Positions 36,601 to 48,600 of a stretch of DNA of 64,000 nucleotides are shown here, piece by piece (position 1 is the stretch's first letter; every line of letters starts with the position of its first letter). Below the pieces are notes generated by a model. It saw nothing but the letters and a program-made list of their open reading frames with translations, was not told the DNA's origin and did not search any database. This DNA comes from the human T2T-CHM13v2.0 reference genome, Homo sapiens: NCBI RefSeq assembly GCF_009914755.1, contig NC_060932.1, one strand, 5' to 3'. The position numbers were made by a program, and so were the translations under genes.

Positions 36601-39600
36601 ACAACTTCCTTTTACATATAGATTCTGTGTAGTTTTTATCATGGGATATTTGATTTTTCACTATTGGCCTCAGATCACTTTGAAATGTCTCTTCACAGAT
36701 TTCACAAAAAGAGTGTTTCCAACCTGCTGAATCAAGAGAAAGGGTGAATTCTGTGAGGTAAATCTACATATCACAAAGCAATTTCACAGATAGCTTCTTT
36801 CTAGTTTCCATCATGGGATATTCAGTGTTTTGCTGTAGGCCTCAGTGTGCTTTTAAACTTCCCTTCACAGATTCTACATAAAGAGGGTTTCCAACCTGCT
36901 GAATTGAAAGAAAGGTTTAACTCTGTGAGCTGAATTCACACGTCACAAAGCCATTTCACAGATATCTTCTTCAAAGTTTTTATCATGGGATATTCTGTTT
37001 TTCACTATAGGCCTCAGTGCTCTCAGAAATGTCCCTTTGCAGATGCCACAATATGAGTGTTTCTAACCTACTGAATCAAATCAAAAATTTAACTCTGTGA
37101 GCTGAGTCCACACTCCACAAATAAGTTTCATATATACCCTGTTTAGTGTTTTTACCCCCAAATATTTGGTGTTTCACTATAGGACTCTGAGGGCTCTGAA
37201 ATGTCACTTTGCAGATTCTACAAAAAGAGTGTTTCTAACCTGCTGAATCAAAAGTAAGTTTTAACACTGTAAGCTGAAACCACACATCACAAAGTAATTT
37301 CATACTTAGATTCTGTGTAGTTTTTATCACAGGATATTTGATTTTTCACTATAGGCCTCAGCGTGCTCCAAAATGTCCATTCGCAGATTCCACAAAAAGA
37401 GTGTTTCCGATCTGGTGAATCAAAAGAAAGGCTTAACTCTGTGAGCTGAATCAACATATCACAAAGCAATTTCACAGATAGCTTCTTTCTAGTTTTTATA
37501 ATGGAATATTCAATGTTTCACTGTAGGCCAATGTCTGCTTTTAAATGTCCCTTTGCAGATTCTACAAAAACAGTGTTTCCAACCTGCTGAATAAAAACAA
37601 AGATTTAACTTTGTGAGCTGAATCCACATATAACAACGTAGTTTCACAGACAGCTTCTTTCAGTTTTTATCACAGGATATTCAGTTTTTCACTATAGCCC
37701 TCAGTGGGCTTTGAAATATCCCTTCACAGATTCTACAAAGAGCATGTTTTCACATTTGGTTAATTAAAAGAAAGGTTTAACTCTGTGAGATGAATCTGCA
37801 CATCTGAAGCATTATCGCAGACAGCTTCTTTCTAGCTTTTATTGTGGGATATATTGTTTTTCACTATATTCCCCAGGGTGCTCTTAAATGTCCCTTTGTA
37901 GATTCTGGGAAAACAGTGTTTTCAACCTCCTGACTCAAAAGAAAGGTGTAACTCTGTGAGCAGAATCCACACATCACAAAGCAGTTTCACAAATAGCTTG
38001 TTTCTTGTTTTGACCATGGAATATTTGGTGTTTCACTATAGGCCACATTACACTTTTAAATGTCCCTTCACAGATTCAACAAAAAGAGTATTTCCAACCT
38101 TCTGAATTAAAAGAAAGTTTTAACTCTGTGAGGTAAATCCACACTTCACAAAGCAGTTTCACAGATACTTTCTTTGTAGTTTTTATCATGGGATATTCGA
38201 ATTTTCACTGTAGGCCTCAGTGTGCTTTAAAATTTCCCATCACAGATTCTACAAAAAGAGATTTTCCAACCTGCTGAATCTAAAGAAAGGTTTAACTCTG
38301 AGAGGTGAATCCACACATCTCAAAGCAGTTTCACAGATACCTTCTTCCTAGTTTTTATCACGGGATATTCTTGTTTTCACTATAGGCCTCAGTGCTCTCT
38401 GAAATATCCCTTTGCCGATGCCACAATAAGAGTGTTTTCAACCAGGTGAATCAAAACAAAGGTTTAAATCTATGAGCTGAATCTACACATCACAAAGCAG
38501 TTTCACAGATACCTTCTTTCTAGTTTTTAATCTTAGGATATTCGTTTTCTCATTATATGCCTCAGTAAGCTTTAACATGTTTCTTCTCAGATTTGATAAA
38601 AATAGTGTTTCAAACCTTCTTTTTAAAAAGATAGGTTTAACTCTTTGAGATGAATTCAAACATCACAAAGCAGTTTTACAGATAGCTTCCTTCTAGTTTT
38701 TATTGTGGGATATTTGGGTTTTTACTATAGGCCTCAGTGCACCCCAAAATGTCCTTTTGCAATTCTACAAAAGTAGTGTTCCCAACCTGCTGAACTAAAA
38801 AAAAGGTTTAACTCTGTGAGCTGAATTTGCATATCACAAAGCAGTTTTACAAATAGCTTCATTTTAGTTTTTATCACACGATTTTCAGTTTTTCACTACA
38901 GGGTCAGTGCTCTTTGAAATGTTCTTTTGCAGATTCTACAAGAAGAATGTTTCCAACTTGCTAAATAAAAAGAAAAGTTTACCTCCATCAGCTGAATCGA
39001 CACATCACAAAGCATTTTCACGGGTAGCTTCTTTCTAGTTTTCATCGCAGATATTCATTCATTTTTTCACTGCATGGCTCAGTGGGTTCCAAATGTTCCT
39101 TTGTAGATTCTATGAAAACAGTGTTTCCAACTTGCTAATTGTTACAAAAGTCTTAACATTGTGAGCTGAATGCATGCATTACAAAGCAGTTTTGCAGATA
39201 GCTTCTTTCTAATTTTTATCTTGGGATATTTAGTTTTTGACTATAGGTGTCAGTGAGCTTCAAAATGTTCCTTTTAATATTGTACAGAAACGATGTTTCA
39301 AACCAGCTGATTGTAAACAATGGTTTAACTCTGTGAGGTGAATCCACATCCCCAAAAGTGGTTTCACAGATAGCTTCTTTATAGTTTTTATTGCAGGATA
39401 TTCATTTTTTCACTATAGGCTTCAGTGCCCTTTGAAATATTCCATCACGGATTCTACAAAAAAAGTATTTCCAACCTGTTAAATGTAAAGAAAGGTTTCA
39501 CTCTGTGAGCTGAATGCACATATTACAAATCAGTTTCAAAGACATCTTCTTTTCAGTTTTTATCACAAAATATTTGGGTTTTCACTGTAGGCCTCAGTAG

Positions 39601-42600
39601 GCTCCAAATGTTCTATCAAAGATTCTACAAAAACATTTTTTCCAACTTGCTGAATGTAAAGAAAAATTTTACTCTATGAGATGAATTCACACCTCACAAA
39701 GCAGTTTCACAGAGAGCTTCTTTCCAGGTTTTAATTGAGAGATATTTGAATTGTAACTATAGGCCTCCATGACCACCAAAATGTCCTTTTGCAGATTCTT
39801 CAAAAACAATGTTTCCAATCTGCCAAATGTAAAGAAATGTTTAATTGTGTAAGCTAAATTAACACATCAAAAAGTGGTTTCACAGATAGCATCTTTCTAA
39901 TTTTTATCATGGGATATTCTGTTTTTCACTATAGGCCTCAGTGAGCTCTGAAATGTCCCTTCACAAGTTCTACAATAACAATGTTTCAACTTTGCAAAAT
40001 GTAAAGGAAGGTTTTAATCTATGAGCTGAATCTACACATCACAAAGCAGTTACACAAAAAACCTCTTTCTGGTTTCTATCGTGGGATATTCAGTTTTTCA
40101 CTATAGGCCTCAATTGGCTTTGAAATGTCCCCACACAAATCCTACAAAAATAAAATTTCCAACCTGGTGAATGTAAAGGAAAGTTTAACTCTATGAGCTC
40201 AATATACATCAATAAGTGGTTTGACACATAGCTTCTTTGTAGTTTTTATCTTGGGTTAATCCATTTTTCACTCTTGGCCTCAGTGAGCTCCAAAATGTCC
40301 CTTCACAGAATCTATAAAAACAGTGTTTCCAACCTGCTGAATGCAAAAAAAGTTTAATTCTGTTTCCAACCTGCCAAGTGTAAAGAAACGTTTAATTGTG
40401 TAAGCTAAATTAACACATCACAAAGTGTTTTCACAGATAGCATTTTTCTAGTTTTTAACATGGGATATTCGGTTTTTCATTATAGGCCTCAGTGAGCTTT
40501 GAAATGTCCCTTTGCAGATTATACATAAACAGTGTCTCCAACCTGCTGAATGTAAAGAAAGGTTTCACTCTATGAGCTTAATACACACATCACAAAGTGG
40601 TTTCACTGATAGATTTTTTCTAGTTTTTATCACAGGATATTTAGTTTTTCACTATACACTTCAGTGGGTTCGAAATGTCCCTTTGCAAGTTCTACGAAAA
40701 CAGTGTTTCCAACCTGATGAATGTCAGAAAGTTTTCACTCTATGAACTGAATCCACACATCACAAAGTGTTTACACAGTTAGCTTCTGTCTAGTTTTTAT
40801 CATGGGATATTTTGTTTTTCATTATAGTCCTCAGTGAGTTCCAAAATGTTCCTTCACAGATTTTACAAAATCAGTGTTTCCAACCTGTTGAATGTGAAGA
40901 AAAGTTTCCCTCTATTAGCTGAATCCACACACCACAAAGCAGTTTCACACAAAGTTTCTTTCTAGTTTTTATAGCACAACATTCTGTTTTTCACTATAGG
41001 CCACCATGGGCTCTGAAATGTCCTTTCGCAGATTCTACAAAATCAGTGTTTCCATATTGCTGAATGTAAACAAAGATTTAACTCTGAGGGCTGAATCCAC
41101 CCATCACAAAGCAGTTTCTCAGAGAGCTTCTTTCTCGTTTGATTGCCATATACTTGCTTTTTCACTACAGGCTTCAGTGAGCTCCAAAATGTCCATTCAC
41201 ACATTTTACAAAAACAGTGTTTCCAACTTCTCAAATGTGTAAAGAAAGATTTAGCTTTGTGAGCTGAATCCACACATCGGAAAGCGTTTTCACAAGTAGC
41301 TTCTTTCCAGTTTTTATGGTGAGATATTTTCCTTCTTACTATAAGTCTCAGGGAGCTAGGAAATGTTTCTTTGCAGATTCTACAAAAACAGTGTTTCCAA
41401 CCTGCTGAATGTAAACAATGGTTCAACTCTATGAACTGAATCCATACATCACAAAACAGTTTCACAGAGAGCTTCTTTCTAGTTTTTATTGCAGGATATT
41501 AGGTTTTTCACTACTGGCCTCCCTGGGCTCTGAAATGTCCCTTATCAGATCCTACAAAAACAGTGCATTCAACCTGCTCAATATAAAGAAAGGTTTCACT
41601 CTATGAGCTGAATCCACACAACACAAAGCTGTTTCACAGATAGCTTCTTTCTAGATTTTATCATGGGATATTTCATTTTTCACTATTGGCCTCAGTGAGC
41701 TCTGAAATGACCCTTTGTAGTTTCTACAAAAAACAGGGTTTCCAAACTGTCAAATGTAAAGAAAATTTTATCTGTGTGAACTGAATCCACGCATCACAAA
41801 GCAGTTTCACGGATAGCTTCCTTCTGGTTGTTATCACAGGATACTTTGTTATTCATTATAGACCTTGGTAAGCTCTGAAATGTGTCTTTGTAGATTCTAC
41901 AAAAACACTGTTTCCAACCTGATGAATGTAAAGAAAGTTTCTGTTCTTGAACATAATCCATACATCACAAAGTGGTTTCACAGATAGCTTCTTTCTAGTT
42001 TTTATCCTGAAATACTATGTTTTTCACTATACACCTCAGTGATCTCAGAAATGTCTTTTTGCAGATTCTACAAAAAGAGTGTCTCCAACCTGCTGAATGT
42101 AAACAATGGTTTAACTCTGTGAGCTGAATCCACACATCACTAAGCAATTTCAAAGATAGCTTCTTTCAAGTTTTCATTGCAGGATATTCAGGTTCTCACT
42201 CTAGGCCTCAGTCAGATCCGAAATGTCCCTTTGCAGATTCTACAAAAACTGTTTCCAAACTGCTAAATGTAAAGAAAGGTTTGACTCTGTGACCTGAATC
42301 CGCACATCACATAGTAGTTTAACAGGAATCTTCTTTCTAGTTTTTATTGTGGGATATTCAGTTTTTCAGTATAGGACTCTGTGAGCTCCAAAATATGTCT
42401 TCATAGATTGTACAAAAACAGGGTTTCCAACCTCCTGAATGTAAGGAACAGTTTCACTCAATCAGCTGAAACCATACATCACAAAGTTGTTTCACAGAAA
42501 GATTTTTTCTAGTTTTTAATCACAGATATTTGGTTTTTCTCTTTAGGCCTCCACGGGTTCCAAAATATCCCATTGCAGAACCTACAAAAACAGTGTTTCC

Positions 42601-45600
42601 AATCTACTACTGAATGTAAAGAAAGATTTGACTCTGTTGAGTTCATTCCACCCATCACACAGCAGTTTTACAGATAGCATCTTTCTTCTATTTATAGTGA
42701 GATATTTGGTTTTTCACTGTAGGCCTCAGTGAGCTTTGAAATGTCCCTTGGCAGATAGTACAAAAACAGTGTTTCCATCCTGCTGAATGTAAAGAAAGCT
42801 TTAACGGTGTAAGCTGAATCTACACATCAAAAAGCGATTTCACAGATAGCTTCTTTCTAGTTTTTATCATGGGATATTCTGTTTTTCAATATAGGCCTCA
42901 GTGACCTCCAAAAAGTCCCTTTGCAGATTCTACAAAAATAGTGTTTCCAACCTGCTGATTGCAAAGAAAGTTATCACTCTATGAGCTGAATCCACACATC
43001 ACAAAGTAGTTTCAGAGATAGCTTCTTTTTTGTTTTTATCTCGGAGTATTTTGTTTTTTTCACTGTATGTCTCCATGGGCTTTGAAATGTTTCTCCGCAG
43101 ATACTGCAAAAAGTGTTTCCAACTTGCCGAATGTTAAGAAAGGTTTAACTCTGTGAGCTGAATCCACACATCACAAAGCAATTTCACAGATAGCTTTTTT
43201 CACGTTTTCATCACAGGATATTCAGTTTTTTACTATAGGCTTCAGTGAGATCCAAAATGAACCTTTGCAAATTCTACAAAAACAGTGTTTCCAACCTGCT
43301 GAATGTAGAGTAAGTTTCAACTATGTGATCTGATTACACACATCACAATGTGGTTTCACAGATAGCTTTTTTCTAGTTTTTATCCCGAGATTTTCAGTTT
43401 TTCACTATAGGCCTCAATGAGCTCAGAAGTGTTCCTTCCCAGATCCTACAAAAACAGTGTTTCCAATCTGCTGAATGTAAAGAAAGGTTTCATTTGACAA
43501 TCTGAATCCACACATCACAAAGCAGTTTCACAGAAAGCTTCTTCTTAGTTTTTATCATGAGATATTCTGTTTTTCTCTGCAGGCCTAAGTGAGCTCTGAA
43601 ATGTCTCTTTGCAGATAATACAGAAACAGTATTTCCAACCTGCTGAATGTAAAAAAAAAAAGGTTCAACTGTGTGAGCAGAATGCATGCAACACAAAGTG
43701 ATTTCACATACGCTTCTGTCTAGTTCTTATCACGGGATATTTAGTTTTACACTACAGGCCTCAGTGAGCTCCAAAGTGTTTCTTTGCAGATATGAACAAA
43801 AACATTGTTTACAACCTGATGAATGTAAAGAAAGGTATCACTCTATGAGCTGAATCCACATTTCACAAAGTGGTTTCACACATAGAGTCTTTTTAGTTTT
43901 CATCATGGGATATTCAGTTTTTCACTATAGGCATCTTTGGGCACTGAAATGTCCCTCTGTAGATCCTACAAAACAGTTTTTCCAATTGCTGAATGTAAAG
44001 AAACGTTTAAATGTGAGCTGAATCCACACATCACAAACTGGTTCACAGATAGCTTCTTTCTAGTTTTTATTGGGGGATATTCGATTTTTCACTATATTAC
44101 TCAGTAAGTTCTGAAATGTCCCTTCACAGATTCTACAAAAACAGTGTTTTAATCCTGTTGTATCGAAAATATGGTTTAACTCTGTGAGCTGAATCCACAC
44201 ATCGCAAAGTGGTTTCACACATAACTTCTTTCTAGTTTTTATTGTGGAATATTCAGTTTTTAACTACAGGCTTCATTGTCCTCCATAATGTCCCTTCAAG
44301 GAGTCTACAAAAACAGTGTTTCCAACCTGCTGAATGTAAAGAAATGCATCACTCTATGAGCTAAACCCACACATCACAAAGCACTTTCAAAGATACCTTA
44401 TTTCTTGTTTTTATCATGAGTTATTTGATTTTTCTCTATAGGTCTCCATGGGCTTTGAAGTGTCCCTTCACAGATCTTACAAAAACAGTGTTTCCAACTA
44501 GCTGAAAGTAAAGATAGATTTCATTCTGTGAGCTGAATCAACCCACCACAAAGTGGTTTCACAGATAGCTTCTTTCTAGTTTTTATCACAAGATAATCGG
44601 TTTCTCACTATAGGCCTCAGTGAACTCTGAAATGTCTCTTGGCAAATACTACAAAAACAGTGTTTCCAACTTGCTGAATGTAAAGGATGGTTTCACTTAT
44701 GAGCTGAATCCACACACTACAAAGTGGTTTCACAGATAGCTTCTTTGCAGTTTTTATCATGGAATATTCGGTTTTTCACTATAGAAATCTGTGAGATCCA
44801 AAATATCCCTCCACAAATTCTACAAAAACTGTGTTTCAATCTTGTTGAATGTAAAGAAAGGTTTAATGTATAAGCTGAAACCACACATCAAAAAGCCATT
44901 TCACAGATAGCTTCTTTCTAGTTTTTATCATGGGATATTCAGTTTTACACTATAGGCCTCAGTGTCCTCCAAAATTTCCCTTTGCAAATTCTACAAAAAC
45001 AGTGTTTTGAACCTCCTGAATGTAAAGAAAAGTATCACTCTTTGAATTGAATCCACACATCAGTAAGCGGTTTCACAATTATTTTCTACTTGTTATTTTG
45101 GGATATTCGACTTTTCACTGTAGGCTTCAGTGAGCTCTTAAATGTCCCTTCTCAGGTTCTACAAAAACCCTGTTTTCAACCTTCTGAATATAAATAAAGG
45201 TATCACTTTATGAGTTGAATCCACACATCACAAAGCACTTTCACAGATAGCTTCTTTCTAGTTTTTATCACGGGATATTTGGTTTTTCACTATAGTCCTC
45301 CATTGGCTTCAAAATGTTCCTTTGCAGATCCTGAAAACAATGTTTCCAACCTGTTGAATGTAAAGAAAGTTTTAAGTATGTGAGCTGAATCCTAACATTA
45401 CAAAGCTGTTTCACAGACAGCTTCTATCTAGTTTTTATCACAGGATGTTTTGTTTTTCATTATAGGCCTCAATGAGATTTGACATGTCCCTTCACAGATT
45501 CTACAAAAACAGTGTTTCCAACCCGCTGAATGTAAATAAAGGTTTTACTCTAAGAGCTGAATCCACCCATCACAAAACAGTTTCACAGACAGCTTCTTTC

Positions 45601-48600
45601 TAGTTTTTATTTTGGGGTATTCAGGTTTTTACTATGGGCCTCCAATGGCTCCAAACTGTTCCTTCACAGATTCTACAGATTCAGTGTTTCTAACCTATGA
45701 AATACAAAGAAAGGTTTAATTCTGTGAGCTGAGTCTATACATCACAAAGCAGTTTCACAGATAGCTTCTTTCTAGTTTCAATCACAGGATATTAAGTTTT
45801 TCACTATAGGCCTCACTGAGCTCTGAAATGTCCCTTTGCAGATCTTACAAAAACAATGCTTCAGCATTGCTGAAAGTAATAAAGGTTTCACTTTATGTGC
45901 TGAAAGCAATAAAGGTTTCACTTTATGTGCTGAAAGCACACAGTACAAAGCAGTTTCACAGATACTTTCTTTCTAGTTATTATCATGAAGTATTTGGTTT
46001 TTTACTATAGGCCTTCATGGGCTCTGAATTGTCCTTTGGCAGATCTTACAAAAACAGTGTGTACAACTTGCAGAATGTAAAGCAAAGTTTAAGTCTGTGA
46101 GCTGAATCCACGTGTCCAAAACCCATTTCACAGGTAGCTTCTTTCTAATTTTATCACAGGTTATTCTCTTTTTCACTATAGGCCTCAATGAGCTTTGAAA
46201 TGTCCCTTTGCAGATTGTATAAAAACAGTGTTTCCAACTTGCTGAATGTAAAGAAAGATTTAACTCTTTGATCTTAATGCACACATTACAAAGCAGTTTC
46301 ACAGACGGCTTTTTTCTAATTTTTATGCCAGAATATTCTGTTTTTCATTATAGGCCTCAGTGAGCTCAGAAATATCTCTTTGCAGATGCTACAAAATCAG
46401 TGTTTCCAAATTGCTGGATTTAAAGAAAGGTTTGACTCTGTGAGCTGATTCCATGCATCACAAAGCAGTTTCACAGGTAGCTTCTTGCTAGTTTTTATCC
46501 TGGGATATTCTGTTTTTCACTATAGGTCTCAGTGACCTCTGAAATGTCCCTTTTTCAGATTCTACAAAAACAGTGTAGATTCCAGCAGTGTCTGTGAGGT
46601 TGCTTTTTGATGTGTGGATTTAACTGCAAAAACACCCTTTTGTAGAATCTGCAAGTTTTCAACTTGCTGGATGTTAAGAAAGGTTTCACTTTATGAGCTG
46701 TATCCACCCATCACAAAGCGGTTTCACAGATAGCTTCTTTCTAGTTTTTATCACAGGATTTTTGGTTTTTCACTATAGGAGTCAGTGAGCTCTGAAGTCT
46801 CCCTTTGCAGATTCTACAGAAACAGTGTTTCCAACCTACTGAATGCAAAAAGAAAACAAAGGTTAACTTTATGAGCTGAATCCACACATTATGACGAGGT
46901 TTCACATATGGTTCATTTCTAGTTTATATTGTGGTATATTTTAATTTGTTACTATAAGCCTCAGTGAGCTCTGAAATGTCCTTTTGCAGATTCTACAAAA
47001 ACAATGTTTCCAAGCTGCTCAATGTAAAGAAAGGTTTGACTTTATGAGCTGAATCCCCACATCACAAATAGTTTCACAGATAGCTTCTCCCTAATTTTTA
47101 TCATGGGATATTCCGTTTTTCACTATAGGCCTCAGTGAGCTTCTGAATGCCCCTGCATAGATTCTACAAAAACAGTGTTTCCAACATGCTAAATGTAAAA
47201 AAAGGTTTCATTCTTTGAGCTAAATCCAAACATCACAAAACGGTTTCACGAGTAGATTCTTTCAACTTTTTATTGCGGGATATTCAGATTTTCACTATAG
47301 GCCTCTGTGGGCTCCAAAATGTCCCTTTGCAGATCCTACAAAAACAGTGTTAAAACCTGCTGAATGTAAAGAAAGTTTTACTTGGTAAGCTCAATCCAAA
47401 CATCACAATGTGGTTTCACAGATAGCGTCTGTCTAGTTGTATTTGGGAGATAATCATGTTTTCCCTATAGGCCTCAGTGAGCTTCAATTTCAGTCTATGA
47501 GCTTAATCCACACATCTAAAAGTGGTTTCACAGATAGCTTCCTTCAAGTCTTTATCGTGGGATATTTGATTTTTCACTTTAGGCCTCAGTGAGCTCTGAA
47601 ATGTCCTTTTGCAGATTCTACCAAAACAGTGTTTCCAAGCTGCTGCATGTACGAAAGGTTTCACATTAGGAGCTCAATCCACACGTCACAAAGCAGTTTT
47701 ACATACAGCTTCTTTCAAGTTTTTATTGTGGTATATTCAATTTTTCACTTTAGGCCTCAGTGAGCTCTGAAATGCCCTTTTGCAGATTCTATTAAAACAG
47801 TGTTTCCAACCTGCTGAATGTAAAGAAAGGTTTCACTTTATGAGTTAAATCCACACATCACAAAGTAGTTTCACAGATAGCTTCTTTCTAGTTTTTGTCA
47901 GGGGATATTCAATTTTTCACTATAGGCCTCAGTGAGCTCCGAAAAGTCCTTTCGCCACTTCTACAAAAAGAGTCTTTCCAATCTACTGAATGAAAAGAAT
48001 GGTTTTACTCTATGAGCTGTATCCAAATATGGCAAAGCGGTTTCACAGATAACTTCTTTCAAGTTTTTATTGCAGGATATTCTGTTTTTCACTATAGGCC
48101 TCCATGGGCTCCAAAATGTTCCTTTGCAGATCCTACAAAAACACAATTTCCAACCTGCTGAATGTGAAGAAATGTTTCACTCTATGAGCTGAATACAACG
48201 TCTCAAAGCAGTTTATGAGATAGCTTCTTTTCAGTTTTTATCGAGGTTTATTCAGTTTTTTAATATAGGCCTCAGTGAGCTCTGAAATGTTTTTTCACAG
48301 ATCCTACAAAAACAGTGTTTCCACCCAGCTGAATTTAAAGAAAATGTTTAACACTGTGAGCTGAATCCACACATCACAAATCAGTTTCACAGACAGCTTC
48401 TTTGTAGTTTTTATCACGGAATATTTGGTTTTTCACTATAGGCCTCAGTGAGCTTTGGAATGTCCTCTTGCAGATTCTACAAAAACAGAGTTTTCAACTT
48501 GCTGGATATAAAGAAAGGTTTCTCTTTGTGAGCTGTATCCACATATCACAAAGCTGTTTCACAGATAGCTTCTTTCCAGTTTTTATCATGGGATATTTTG

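Larger units (their letters stand above)
17274..39100 (+). repeat. Old divergent alpha satellite, 172-bp monomers, layer 1 (AAAGAGTG / GCTGAATCAAAAG / CAGTGGGCTC)
   Basis: By-eye consensus CAGATTCTACAAAAAGAGTGTTTCCAACCTGCTGAATCAAAAGAAAGG...AATGTCCCTTTG is 172 bp; measured spacing 20011 to 20183 = 172. Monomers are highly divergent and no CENP-B box was seen. Strand is as written; the RepeatMasker orientation may differ. Confidence 0.95.
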
